Shown piece by piece: positions 18,985 to 28,765 of a stretch of 64,000 bases of DNA. Numbering within the stretch: position 1 is the stretch's first letter; the number at the start of each line of letters is the position of its first letter. The stretch is from an uncultured Verrucomicrobiae bacterium (GTDB lineage: Bacteria > Verrucomicrobiota > Verrucomicrobiia > Chthoniobacterales > UBA10450). The stretch spans positions 416,001-480,000 of the forward strand of contig CAWIBO010000002.1 in the NCBI GenBank assembly GCA_963834385.1, written 5' to 3'. A program made the position numbers and the translations under genes. Under the pieces are notes generated by a model. The model made no database searches. It saw nothing but the letters and a program-made list of their open reading frames with translations, and had not been told where the DNA came from.

Positions 18985-19042
18985 AGGTTGCAAAGAGTAG
19001 CCGGGTCCCGCGGCGAGGCCAGCCCGCGCCGCGCCCCTCCTT

Positions 19043-20392
19043 TTAGTCGTCGTCGGGACGCACCGGCGAAAGCGAGCCGATCACCGGGGTGCTGGCAGTG
19101 CGTTTGGGATTCAAAAATTCCTCCATCGTCTCCTGGAACTCCGGGTAGGAAGTTTGAACGCAGTCGACATCCTGCACCACGGTCTCGCCATCGGCGAACA
19201 TTCCGGCGACGGCAAAGGCCATGGCGATGCGGTGATCGCCGAAGCTGGCCACGCGGGCGGCCCGGAGCGCGCCCCGCCCGTGGATCTCGAGGCCGTCGCT
19301 CAGCTCAATGACCTGGGCGCCCATCATGCGAAGGTTGTGGGCGATGGCCGCGATCCGGTCCGTTTCCTTCACCCGAAGTTCCTGGGCCTGGCGGATCACG
19401 GTGGTGCCACTGGCAACCGCCCCGGCCACGGCCAGGATGGGAAGTTCATCCACCAGCTGGGGCACCTCCTTGCCCTGAATGACGGTCCCTTTCAGGGGCG
19501 CACCGGTCACTTCCACGACGCCGACCGGCTCGAACTGATCCACTTCCTCGATGGCCTCGCGGACCTGCGCGCCCATGCGCACGAGCACACCGAGGACGGC
19601 GGTGCGGGTGTCGTTCAGGCCGACATTGCGCACGAGCAGGTGGCCGCCGGGCTGGGCCGCGGCCGCGGCCAGCCAGAACGCGGCGGAAGAGATGTCGCCG
19701 GGGATCGTGAAATCGCGCGACTCCGGGACCTGGTCGCCGAAGACGCTGATGCCGCCGTTGTCATCCTCCACCGTCCGGACGAGAAAATAGCGAAGCATGA
19801 GCTCGGTGTGATTCCGGGTCGCGAGCGGTTCGGTTACGGTGGTCTTGCCCTTGGCGAAAAGACCCGCGAGAAGCAGGGCGCCCTTGACCTGCGCGCTGGC
19901 CACGGGGTTCTGGTAGCTGATGCCGTGGAGCGGAGCGCCCTTGATCCGGAGAGGCGCGCTCCCGTGGGGGCCTTCGGCCACGATGTGGGCGCCCATCTGC
20001 TGCAGGGGGGTGATGATGCGATCCATCGGCCGGTGGGAAAGCGAGGCGTCGCCCACGAGCCGCGACTCGAATTTCTGCCCGGCGAGCAGGCCGGCGAGCA
20101 GACGCATGGTGGTGGCGGAATTGCCGCAATCGATCGGGCCGGCCGGCGCCTTCAGCAGCCGTCGGTTGCCATGGACCACGAGCATGTCCGGCTCGGGTTG
20201 CTCGATGCGGACCCCGAGGGCGCGCATCGCCTGCACCGTATTCATGCAATCTTCGCTCGGGAGAAACCCGCGCAGGACGCAAACGCCATTGGAAAGCGAC
20301 GCGATGATGATGGCGCGGTGGGAGATGCTCTTGTCGCCCGGGACGGTGATTTCCGCGTCGATGCGGGGTGCTCTTTTAACGCGGAATTCCAT
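19043..20392 (-). CDS. aroA: EPSP synthase
   Basis: PGDKSISHRA, DCGNSATTMRL, ASAQVK, RVKETDRI, DHRIAM. Confidence 0.97.
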   Translation of the reverse strand: MEFRVKRAPRIDAEITVPGDKSISHRAIIIASLSNGVCVLRGFLPSEDCMNTVQAMRALGVRIEQPEPDMLVVHGNRRLLKAPAGPIDCGNSATTMRLLAGLLAGQKFESRLVGDASLSHRPMDRIITPLQQMGAHIVAEGPHGSAPLRIKGAPLHGISYQNPVASAQVKGALLLAGLFAKGKTTVTEPLATRNHTELMLRYFLVRTVEDDNGGISVFGDQVPESRDFTIPGDISSAAFWLAAAAAQPGGHLLVRNVGLNDTRTAVLGVLVRMGAQVREAIEEVDQFEPVGVVEVTGAPLKGTVIQGKEVPQLVDELPILAVAGAVASGTTVIRQAQELRVKETDRIAAIAHNLRMMGAQVIELSDGLEIHGRGALRAARVASFGDHRIAMAFAVAGMFADGETVVQDVDCVQTSYPEFQETMEEFLNPKRTASTPVIGSLSPVRPDDD

Positions 20393-20517
20393 GGAAAATC
20401 GCGCCGGCGGTGACGTTTGCCCGACCGGGCGGCGCGCCGCACAGCATCGGATATTGTTCCGGGTTGTCCAGCCTCTCCCGCCGGGAAGCGGGCGGGATCA
20501 GAGTGAAGAAGAACCGA

Positions 20518-20934
20518 TCAGGGAACGAGAAAGATCTTGTTCGTGTAGGGATCTTTAACCTCGGTCCCGGGCGGGAATCCGCGCACGTCGACATAGCCCT
20601 CGTTCGGAGCATACGGGCTGGTGACAAAGCCGGGTTTGCTCGGCACCGGGATGCCATAAGGGAGATCGCCCTTGGTCGCGGCGGTCGGCGCCGCCGTGGG
20701 CGCCGGGGTGGGACTATCCTGCACCAGGGGGTCGGTCGTCGCCGGCGTCGGCTCCGTGGCGGCCGCGGCCGGATCGAAAGGCTGCGGGGCCGGCGGATAC
20801 TGGGTCGTGGTGGTGCGGGTGGTCGAGACCCGGCCCGGTCCGCGCTGCGTGGTCCGCCGCGGCGGCTCATCCAGCTCCACGCACGAAGTGAGGATCAAAG
20901 CGGACAGCAGAGCAAGGATGAGGGACAATTTCAT
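20518..20934 (-). CDS. Lipoprotein with conserved 48-aa C-terminal domain (paralog of 51939-52403)
   Basis: Lipobox LTSC, Thr/Pro linker, [18 protein letters not shown]...[12 protein letters not shown]. Confidence 0.8.
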   Translation of the reverse strand: MKLSLILALLSALILTSCVELDEPPRRTTQRGPGRVSTTRTTTTQYPPAPQPFDPAAAATEPTPATTDPLVQDSPTPAPTAAPTAATKGDLPYGIPVPSKPGFVTSPYAPNEGYVDVRGFPPGTEVKDPYTNKIFLVP

Positions 20935-21070
20935 AAAAGATAGGGACGGTCTCTCCCCCGTTCTAATTCATGGTGGCAGCGCTGACAATCGTTAAATCCT
21001 CGCGCGACCATCCCGCCGGGGCGCAAGGATACCTGTTTCGCGCGCCCCAGTTTCGATTTATCAATGAACC

Positions 21071-22237
21071 ATGCCCGGCGGCGAGAACGATCATATCCTG
21101 GTGGTGGACGATGACGCCACCAGCCGCCGCCTTTTGCAGCGCATCCTGCGCGAGGCCAAATTTGCCTGCCGCGAATGCGCCGACGGCGGGAAGGTTCTGG
21201 CGGCGGTCCGTGAACATCTGCCTTCGCTCATCCTGCTCGATTTCGAGCTGCCCGGCCTGAACGGCGCGGAGGTTCTGCGCTCCATCCGGCGCGACCCGGA
21301 CCCTTCCGTGGCGCAGCTCCCGGTCATCATGCTGACCGGTCATGGCGGCGAGGAGAGCGAAGTTCTCTGCCTGGAGGCGGGTGCGGACGATTTTGTGACC
21401 AAACCGATCAACGCCGCGGTGCTGCGGGCCCGGATCGAGACCCACCGGCGACTGCGCCTGATGCGGCACCAGTTGCAAACGCAGAACAACGAACTGGAGG
21501 CGTGGCGCCGCAGTCTCGAGGCCGACCTGGCGGCGGCCCGGTTGACCCAGCAGTCGCTCATTCCCCAAAAACCGCCCTCCCTCCGCAATTGGGAGGTGGC
21601 GGCGCTTTACCGGCCGGTCATCCAGGTCGGGGGCGACATTTACGGCTGGCTGCGCCTGACCGACGGTCGCACGCTTTTTTGGATCGCCGATGCCACCGGG
21701 CACGGCGCTTCCGCGGCGCTCCTTACCACCCTGGCCAAGCTCCTTTTTCACCACGGCTCGGTCGAGCACACCCGGCCGGCGCGGATCATGCAGGCGGTCA
21801 ACGCCGATTTCCGCGCGATTTTCGGGGCGCGTTCCTTTATGACCGCGATGTGCGTGGCACTTGATCCCGCGACCGGCGCCGGATCGGTCACGGGCGCGGG
21901 ACATCCCCCCCTGCTCCTGGCGCGGGGGAAAAAGCCGGCGGAAATGATCTATTCGTCGGCCCCGCCCCTGGGCCTGGTGGAAAAGGCGGCGTTCACCGAG
22001 GAGGAATTTTCCCTGGAACCGGGCGACGGTTTCCTGCTCTACACCGACGGTCTTTACGGGACCGACGCGGAGGACCGGCGGCGCCTCGGCCCGGAGCACC
22101 TCGGGGGCCTGCTGGACCAGCCTTTTTCCTCGGCCCAAACCCTCCTCCACCACGTCATGTCGCACACGGGATCGAGCGTCCAGGGAGAGCCGTTGGCCGA
22201 TGACGTGGCCGCGGTGGTGGTGCGCCGAAACGCCTGA
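21071..22237 (+). CDS. Response regulator receiver + SpoIIE/PP2C phosphatase
   Basis: ILVVDDD, LLDFELP, FVTKP; GGDIY, ADATGHG, YTDGL, DDVA. Confidence 0.92.
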   Translation: MPGGENDHILVVDDDATSRRLLQRILREAKFACRECADGGKVLAAVREHLPSLILLDFELPGLNGAEVLRSIRRDPDPSVAQLPVIMLTGHGGEESEVLCLEAGADDFVTKPINAAVLRARIETHRRLRLMRHQLQTQNNELEAWRRSLEADLAAARLTQQSLIPQKPPSLRNWEVAALYRPVIQVGGDIYGWLRLTDGRTLFWIADATGHGASAALLTTLAKLLFHHGSVEHTRPARIMQAVNADFRAIFGARSFMTAMCVALDPATGAGSVTGAGHPPLLLARGKKPAEMIYSSAPPLGLVEKAAFTEEEFSLEPGDGFLLYTDGLYGTDAEDRRRLGPEHLGGLLDQPFSSAQTLLHHVMSHTGSSVQGEPLADDVAAVVVRRNA

Positions 22238-22302
22238 TTTCCCGGGCAGGGCCCGAAAAAATTAGATTGCCCTGCGCTGGCCTTGGGATTAATCACCTGC
22301 CT

Positions 22303-22590
22303 ATGCCGAAATCCACAGCCCAAAAAGCCCCTTCCAAACGCAAGCCGAACGCCGCTTTCATGAAGCCCATGCAGCCGGATGACAAGCTCGCCGCCGTCGT
22401 CGGCAGCAAACCGATACCGCGCTCCGAGATCACCAAGAAAGTCTGGGACTACATCAAGAAGAACGGCCTGCAGGACAAGAAACAGAGAACTCTCATCAAC
22501 GCGGACGACAACATGCGCGCCGTGTTCAATGGCAAGAGCCAGGTCACGATGTTCGAGATGACCAAGCTGGTGAACCAGCACATGAAGTAA
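22303..22590 (+). CDS. Stand-alone SWIB/MDM2 domain protein
   Basis: NAAFMKP, RSEITKKVWDYIKKNGLQD, INADD, MFEMTKLV. Confidence 0.92.
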   Translation: MPKSTAQKAPSKRKPNAAFMKPMQPDDKLAAVVGSKPIPRSEITKKVWDYIKKNGLQDKKQRTLINADDNMRAVFNGKSQVTMFEMTKLVNQHMK

Positions 22591-22614
22591 CCGGCTCCCC
22601 AAACAAGTTTAAAG

Positions 22615-22662
22615 ACCGGTCTCGCCCGTGTGCCCGCGCACGCGTGCGAACCGGTTTTTTTC
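22615..22662 (+). terminator. Intrinsic terminator after the SWIB gene
   Basis: ACCGGTCTCGCCCGTGTG...CACGCGTGCGAACCGGT stem followed by a T-run. Confidence 0.65.
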
Positions 22663-22702
22663 TGCCCGGTTGCAGTTTTCCCGCCCTCGCCGAAAGTCCG
22701 GG

Positions 22703-23146
22703 GTGAAAACATTGCGTGCCCTTGCCCTTCTCCTGGCGCTCTCCTGTGCCTCCCCCCTCTTCGCCGGCGACTCGGGCTGGATGACCGATTTCGCGAAGGC
22801 CAAAGCCGCCGCCCGCAGCGGTGACAAGCTGATGCTGGTGGACTTTACCGGCTCGGACTGGTGCGGCTGGTGCATCAAACTGAGCAAGGAAGTTTTCTCC
22901 AAAAACGAATTCAAAAAATACGCCGAGCAAAACCTTGTTTTGGTCGAGATCGATTTCCCGCGCCGGAAAACGCAGACGGACGCGGTCAAGGTCCAGAACG
23001 AGAAGCTGGCGGCCGATTACGGCATCGAGGGATTCCCAACCGTCCTGGTGCTGGATGCGGACGGGAAAAAGGTCGGCGAGCTGGGCTACATGGAAGGCGG
23101 CGCCGAAGCCTTCATCGCGGAGCTGGAAAAGATCCGCAAAGGCTAG
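22703..23146 (+). CDS. Exported thioredoxin-family protein
   Basis: Signal peptide; FTGSDWCGWC; GFPT. Confidence 0.88.
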   Translation: MKTLRALALLLALSCASPLFAGDSGWMTDFAKAKAAARSGDKLMLVDFTGSDWCGWCIKLSKEVFSKNEFKKYAEQNLVLVEIDFPRRKTQTDAVKVQNEKLAADYGIEGFPTVLVLDADGKKVGELGYMEGGAEAFIAELEKIRKG

Positions 23147-23164
23147 GCACGCGCCGGATGCCGT

Positions 23165-25054
23165 TCAGGGTCGCGGGCTGTTGAAGGCCCGCTGCAGGGC
23201 GTCGGCCAGGTCACCGCGGGTAAACGGCTTCGGCAGGGCGCTGCGAAAACCGAAGGCCAGGAACTCGGAGAGCGCGGCTTCGTCCGAGTAACCGCTGCAG
23301 ATGATCGCAGTCACCTCGGGATCGATGCCGCGGAGACGCTCGATCGTGGCCACGCCCCCCATCCCGCCGCGAATGGTCGCGTCGAGGATGACGGCCTGGA
23401 AGGCTTCGCCCCGCTGGAGGGCGTGCTCGTAACTCTTGATCGCTTCCTGCCCGTCCGGCACCGCCGTCACCTCGTAACCGAGCGTGCTGAGGAGCTGCGA
23501 GGTCAGGTCGCGGATGGCCGGCTCATCGTCCATCACCAGGACGCGATTATTGTTGAGGAAGAAGGTCTTCTCGACGGGCGTGCCCGGGCCGCGTTCGCGG
23601 CGCGCCTCCGTGGCCGGCAGATAAAACGCAAAAACGGCCCCGCGCGAGGCGGAAGATTCCAGGTGCAGCAGGCCGCCATGCTTTTTGATGATGGAATAAC
23701 TGATGGCGAGACCGAGTCCGCTGCCGGTCGGCTTGGTGGTGAAATAGGGATCGAAAATCTTGCTGGCCAGTTCGTCGGGCACACCGGCCCCCCGGTCGCT
23801 CACGGTCACCTTGATGTAGCGCCCGGCCGGGAGCGGCGTCTGCGCATCGTCCTGCGTTTCCACGTTGCGGGCCTGGAGCCGCAGGAGTCCGCCGTGCGGC
23901 ATGGCGTCGCGCGCGTTCATCACAAGCGAGCCCACCACCTGCTCGATCTGGGAGGCGTCCACCTCGGCTTTCCAAAGATCCGCCGGCACCTCGATGTCCG
24001 CGCGCAGGTTTGAACCGTAAAGGGAAAGCTCGGTCGCCCGCTCCAGCAGGCGTCCCAGTTCCACCACCTTCTTGAGCGGGGCGCCCCCCTTCGAAAAGGT
24101 CAGGAGCTGGCTGGAGAGATGGGCCGCGTGCTGGGCCGCCTGGCCGGCCTTGGCCAGGAAGTTGATCAGGTTCGGCGACTCCGCCGGGGCCTCGATCTGC
24201 GCCAGCCCGATGTTGCCGGAAATGACGGTGAGAATGTTGTTCAGGTCGTGCGCGATCCCGCCCGCAAGAGTGCCGAGCGACTCGAGCTTGCTCGTGGTCA
24301 GGCGCTCCTCCTCGTTGCGTTTTCGCTCGGTGATATCGCGGAAGAAAACCGAGACGCCGCCGGCGCTGGGATAGGCATGAACCTCCACCCAGCCCTGCCC
24401 TGTGGGATCGGCCGCCTCGAATTCGAGCGGCTCCTGCTCCGCCATGACCCGGCGATAATTGGCCTCGTAGATGGTGCCCCGGATTTCGGGGAACTCCCGC
24501 CAGAGGGTTCCGCCCAGGAGCGACTCGCGCCGCCGCCGCAGGAGCGATTCGGCGACCGCGTTGAGATAGGTAAACTTCCACTCGTAATCGAGCGCGAAAA
24601 ATCCGTCGGTGGTGTTCTCCAGGACGTTGCGCATCGTCCGCTCGGATTCCTGCAGGGCCGCCCGGGCCTGGTTGCGCTCGAGCAATTCCTTGATCTGTCG
24701 CTCGGCCACGGAAAGACGGACGTTGAGCAGGCCGAGGTCGAGCGGCTTGGTCAGATAATCGTTGGCCCCCGCAGCCAGGGCCGCTTCCAGGTCCGCGGTA
24801 TCGATTCGCGCCGTCACCAGGAGGATGAACATCTCATCCCCGTTCTCCTGCGCGCGCACGGCGCGGCAAAGCTCGACCCCGCTTTTGCCAGGCAGCATCC
24901 AGTCCAGGATCAGGAAGGGGAAGCTCTCCTGGGCCAGGGCCGCCTCGGCTTCCTCGGCCGAGCCCACCCCGAGCACCTCGTGCCCGCGCAGCTCGAGCAG
25001 CCGCCGCAGATTGCGCCGGCTGTCCTGGTGATCTTCAACAAGGAGAATCTTCAT
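23165..25054 (-). CDS. Hybrid histidine kinase (REC-PAS-HisKA-HATPase-REC)
   Basis: ILDWMLP, PAS, GIAHDLNN, NARDAM, DRGAG, GSGLGL, C-terminal VLVMDDE. Confidence 0.93.
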   Translation of the reverse strand: MKILLVEDHQDSRRNLRRLLELRGHEVLGVGSAEEAEAALAQESFPFLILDWMLPGKSGVELCRAVRAQENGDEMFILLVTARIDTADLEAALAAGANDYLTKPLDLGLLNVRLSVAERQIKELLERNQARAALQESERTMRNVLENTTDGFFALDYEWKFTYLNAVAESLLRRRRESLLGGTLWREFPEIRGTIYEANYRRVMAEQEPLEFEAADPTGQGWVEVHAYPSAGGVSVFFRDITERKRNEEERLTTSKLESLGTLAGGIAHDLNNILTVISGNIGLAQIEAPAESPNLINFLAKAGQAAQHAAHLSSQLLTFSKGGAPLKKVVELGRLLERATELSLYGSNLRADIEVPADLWKAEVDASQIEQVVGSLVMNARDAMPHGGLLRLQARNVETQDDAQTPLPAGRYIKVTVSDRGAGVPDELASKIFDPYFTTKPTGSGLGLAISYSIIKKHGGLLHLESSASRGAVFAFYLPATEARRERGPGTPVEKTFFLNNNRVLVMDDEPAIRDLTSQLLSTLGYEVTAVPDGQEAIKSYEHALQRGEAFQAVILDATIRGGMGGVATIERLRGIDPEVTAIICSGYSDEAALSEFLAFGFRSALPKPFTRGDLADALQRAFNSPRP

Positions 25055-25220
25055 TTTGGGGTGGGAGCGCGCGGGCCGGCCCGGAGGACCCGACCGTGCG
25101 CCCCGTCCCCTAGGGAGCAGAATGACTGCCAGCAGCGGCTTATTTTGCCGTTTTCTGCGGTGAAATTTTCACAGAGCCGCCTATCTTGCGCATGGAAAGC
25201 ACTCTGCTACATAACCCACG

Positions 25221-26075
25221 TTGCGCGCATTTTTCCTCATCCCCACGCTTCTTTTCCTGCTCCCGGTTCTTTCCGTTTCCGCGCAGGTAAGCCCCACGCC
25301 GACCGCGACCCCCTCGCCCAGCGTTGCCGCCCCGGCCGCCCCGGCGGCTCCCACTCCCCGGCTTTACACCTACAATTCGGTCCATGTTGGCGGTCCTTTC
25401 ATCGCCCTCACCTTTGACGACGGACCGCACGCGACCCTGACCCCGAAACTGCTGGACCTGCTGGCGCGGCACAAGGCCAAGGCGACCTTCTTTGTCGTCG
25501 GACAAAACGCCGCGGAATACCCGGCGATCGTGCGCCGCATGGCCCGCGAAGGGCACGAGGTGGCGAACCATTCCTGGTCCCACCCGAATCTGGGCAAGAT
25601 GAGCGATGAGGCGGTGCGCCAGCAGTTGAAAAAAACCGACGACGCCATCAAGGCGGCGACCGGGCTTCGACCCACCCTGATGCGGCCCCCCTACGGCTCG
25701 ATCACGACCCGGCAAAAGCGGTGGTTCCACGAGGAGTTCGGCTACTCCACCATTCTCTGGGATGTCGATCCGCTGGACTGGCGCCGTCCGGGCGCAGGCG
25801 TGGTCACGAGCCGCATCGTCAACGGCACCCGGCAGGGCTCAATCATCCTGGTGCACGACATCCATCCGCCCAGCGTGGAGGCGATGTCGGCGACCCTGAG
25901 CCAGCTCGAGTCCAAGGGATTCAAATTTGTCACCGTCTCGGAACTGCTCGCGATGGAACAACCGGCGCCGCCCAAGGCCGTGCCTGTTTCACCCGTACCC
26001 AAGGCGGAACCGGCCGCAGCCGCCGCCCCCCCGGCACCTCCCCCGTCAGGCCGGGCCTTTAGCAGGGCGACATGA
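25221..26075 (+). CDS. Exported polysaccharide deacetylase (CE4/NodB)
   Basis: LTFDDGP, NHSWSHP, RPPYG, DPLDW, LVHD. Confidence 0.92.
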   Translation: MRAFFLIPTLLFLLPVLSVSAQVSPTPTATPSPSVAAPAAPAAPTPRLYTYNSVHVGGPFIALTFDDGPHATLTPKLLDLLARHKAKATFFVVGQNAAEYPAIVRRMAREGHEVANHSWSHPNLGKMSDEAVRQQLKKTDDAIKAATGLRPTLMRPPYGSITTRQKRWFHEEFGYSTILWDVDPLDWRRPGAGVVTSRIVNGTRQGSIILVHDIHPPSVEAMSATLSQLESKGFKFVTVSELLAMEQPAPPKAVPVSPVPKAEPAAAAAPPAPPPSGRAFSRAT

Positions 26076-27805
26076 TTGCCGACCATTATCTCCAGCTCCG
26101 CACCGAGCTGGAGACTGCGCTGGGCAGCCTCCTCCGGCTCGCTTCCGAGCTGCGCCGCGAGTCCGCCACCCTCGACACCGTCCAGGGGCTGCTGACCGAC
26201 GCCCGGGAGCCACTTCTCTTTGTGGTGGTGGGCGAGGTCAAGGCCGGCAAATCGTCGCTCCTGAACGCCCTCTTCGGCCAGGAATTTGCCCGGGCCGATG
26301 TCCTCCCGGCGACCGACCGGGTTTATGTCTTCAAGTATGCCGAGAAATCAAAAACGGTGGAGATCTCGCCCCGGCTGACCGAGCGCTACGAGCCGATCGA
26401 GTTCTTGCGCGACTTCAACATTGTCGATACGCCGGGCACCAACACGATGGTGGCGGAGCACCAGACAATCACGGAGGATTTCGTGCCCCGGGCCGACCTC
26501 GTTCTGTTCGTTTTTTCCGTGACGAATCCCTGGACGCAATCCGCCTGGGAGCTGCTGCGTTTCGTGCAGAAGAAATGGCTCAAGCACATTGTCTTTGTCC
26601 TGCAGCAGGCCGACCTGCGTGACCCGGCCGAGATCACGATCGTGCAGCGGCACCTGCAGGAGACGGCGATGCAGCGCATCGGGTTTACCCCGCCGATCTT
26701 TGCCGTCTCGGCCAAGAAGGCCCTCCTGGCCAAGACCAGCGGGCTGGACAAGGAACGCCTCTGGGAGGAGAGCGGCTTCGCCCCCCTCGAAGCCCAGATC
26801 AATTCCGTGGTGGATTCCGAGGGGGCGCGCATGATGAAGCTGCAGTCCATCGTCGGCTCGGCCCGGGTGATCCTGGGCGAGATGGCGACGGAAGTGCGGG
26901 GTTCCTTTGAATTGATCGAGCGCGACCAGGCCAACCTCGGCCGGATTGAAAGCGTGCTCGAGGGGCGAAAACAGCAGACCCTGCGGCAGGTGGCCGGTTT
27001 CCTGCGCGGGGTGGAGCAAGCCAGCCGTTCCTACGCGAACCAGGCCATGGAACTGCTCGAGGAACGCCTCTCCTTCTGGCGCACCTGGCGCCTCGTCTTC
27101 ACCCGCGGCGACTGGCAGGCGGAATTTCAGCACGACGTCGAGACGCGGCTGAAGGACTCGATCCAGCCGCAGGTGGAGAACGCGGTGCAGCTGCTCGAGA
27201 CGGACCTGCGGGGGCTTTGGCCGCAGTTGCAGGAAATGATCGAGTCGCAGTTCGCCTCCGATGCCCGCAGCAAGGTCCCGCGGACCATTCCGGACTTTGC
27301 CCGGCAACGGCGCGAACTCCTGCAGGCCGTCCAGCTCAGCCTGGTGGAACGCGCCGCGGGCGACCGCGCCAATGAGCAGCTGGCGGAAATGCTGACCGAG
27401 ACCGCGACCTGGCTGCGTGTCCCGGCCGGCGTGGCCGCCGCAGGCGGGCTGGTCGCGGTGGTGACCTGGATGACCAGCGCGGCCGTGGCGGACGTCACGG
27501 GCATCCTTGCCGGTTCAGCCCTGGTTTTCGGCTCCGCCGTGGCCTTCGGCCGCCGGAAAAAGATCCTCACCGCCTACGGAAAACAGCTCGATGAGCGCCG
27601 GGCGCATCTGCTGGAGACGATCGAGGAAAAGCTGAATCATTCGATCGACCTTTTTTACAAGGAGATCCGGACCGCGTTTGAACCGCTGGAGGCGTTTTAC
27701 TTTGCGCAGCGCAAGGCCCTCGAGCCGATCCTGCAGCGCACCACCGAGCTGGAGGAAAAGGTGGGCGACCTCCATCTCCGGCTCGCGCGCGGCGAGACGA
27801 AATAG
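26072..27805 (+). CDS. Bacterial dynamin-like GTPase
   Basis: GEVKAGKS, DTPG, helical stalk, two C-terminal hydrophobic segments. Confidence 0.85.
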   Translation: MIADHYLQLRTELETALGSLLRLASELRRESATLDTVQGLLTDAREPLLFVVVGEVKAGKSSLLNALFGQEFARADVLPATDRVYVFKYAEKSKTVEISPRLTERYEPIEFLRDFNIVDTPGTNTMVAEHQTITEDFVPRADLVLFVFSVTNPWTQSAWELLRFVQKKWLKHIVFVLQQADLRDPAEITIVQRHLQETAMQRIGFTPPIFAVSAKKALLAKTSGLDKERLWEESGFAPLEAQINSVVDSEGARMMKLQSIVGSARVILGEMATEVRGSFELIERDQANLGRIESVLEGRKQQTLRQVAGFLRGVEQASRSYANQAMELLEERLSFWRTWRLVFTRGDWQAEFQHDVETRLKDSIQPQVENAVQLLETDLRGLWPQLQEMIESQFASDARSKVPRTIPDFARQRRELLQAVQLSLVERAAGDRANEQLAEMLTETATWLRVPAGVAAAGGLVAVVTWMTSAAVADVTGILAGSALVFGSAVAFGRRKKILTAYGKQLDERRAHLLETIEEKLNHSIDLFYKEIRTAFEPLEAFYFAQRKALEPILQRTTELEEKVGDLHLRLARGETK

Positions 27806-27811
27806 GGATCG

Positions 27812-28657
27812 CTATTTGGCGGTCCGGGCGCTCGCCCCCGCCTGCTGCTGCTGCTGTTCTTTCACCAGGCGCGACTCGGCTGCACGGCGGGCGATCACGA
27901 AGTTGTTGTTGTCGCCGAAGTTCCGCCAGGGACCAGGCGGCACATCCCGCACGTTCACAAACTGCCAGTCCGTCACGTCCGTGCTCTGCAACCGGAGGAA
28001 ATCGCGCACCGCAGGCGAAACATCCAGCCCGGCCCCCTTGTTCAGGTTCGGCTTCGGCCGTTCGTTCTGGAAAACGTATTGGAAATGATCGGTGCGGAAC
28101 GGGCCGCAATCCTCCCATTGCGCGTAGCAAACCCGGTTCCCCTTGCGGATGGCCAGCCAGCGCCCTTTGCAGACGGAACGGCCTTCCTGCACGAACTCCT
28201 CCTTAAACCAGGGAATGACCAGCCGCGCCTCGGGCTTGAAACGCCCATGCGAGACGTCGTTGTAGGGCAGGGCCACGTAAAAAGGATTTTGCCGCGGGGT
28301 AAAATTGGCCGGGATGTAGTTGCGGCGCGCTCCCGGGTTCGGATTATCGTAGCCGCCGTAGTTCCCCACCCAGTTGGCGTCCCAGGAACTCTTGGTGTTC
28401 GGCACCGGGTTGTTTTGGGTCGGCAGCTCGCCGATCCAGAAAACGGTTGTGATAATATTTGTTTTCCAGGGGAAACGGGTGGTCGTGGCGCGCGAAGTGG
28501 TCGGGACGAAGACCTGCGGTTCCACCTTCAGCAGGGCCTGTTCGCGCAGTTTCATCGCATACTTTGCGAAATCGGCACTGCTCTCATAAGGCGACTGGGC
28601 GAAGGCCCACGACGCGCTTATGCCCAAGAGCAAACAACTTGCGTAAAATTTCCTCAT
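27812..28657 (-). CDS. Secreted conserved hypothetical protein, possible double-psi beta-barrel (RlpA/expansin-like)
   Basis: Signal peptide; NPFYVALPYND, AQWEDCGPF, GLDVSPAVRDFL. Confidence 0.6.
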   Translation of the reverse strand: MRKFYASCLLLGISASWAFAQSPYESSADFAKYAMKLREQALLKVEPQVFVPTTSRATTTRFPWKTNIITTVFWIGELPTQNNPVPNTKSSWDANWVGNYGGYDNPNPGARRNYIPANFTPRQNPFYVALPYNDVSHGRFKPEARLVIPWFKEEFVQEGRSVCKGRWLAIRKGNRVCYAQWEDCGPFRTDHFQYVFQNERPKPNLNKGAGLDVSPAVRDFLRLQSTDVTDWQFVNVRDVPPGPWRNFGDNNNFVIARRAAESRLVKEQQQQQAGASARTAK

Positions 28658-28765
28658 GCTGAAAACCCGCAATTCTTACCGGGATTTCCCGCGTCTGGCA
28701 AGAATTTCCCGCCCTTTTTCACCTCTCGGTTCCATGCCCCGGACTATTTAGCAGGGACTGTTCCA

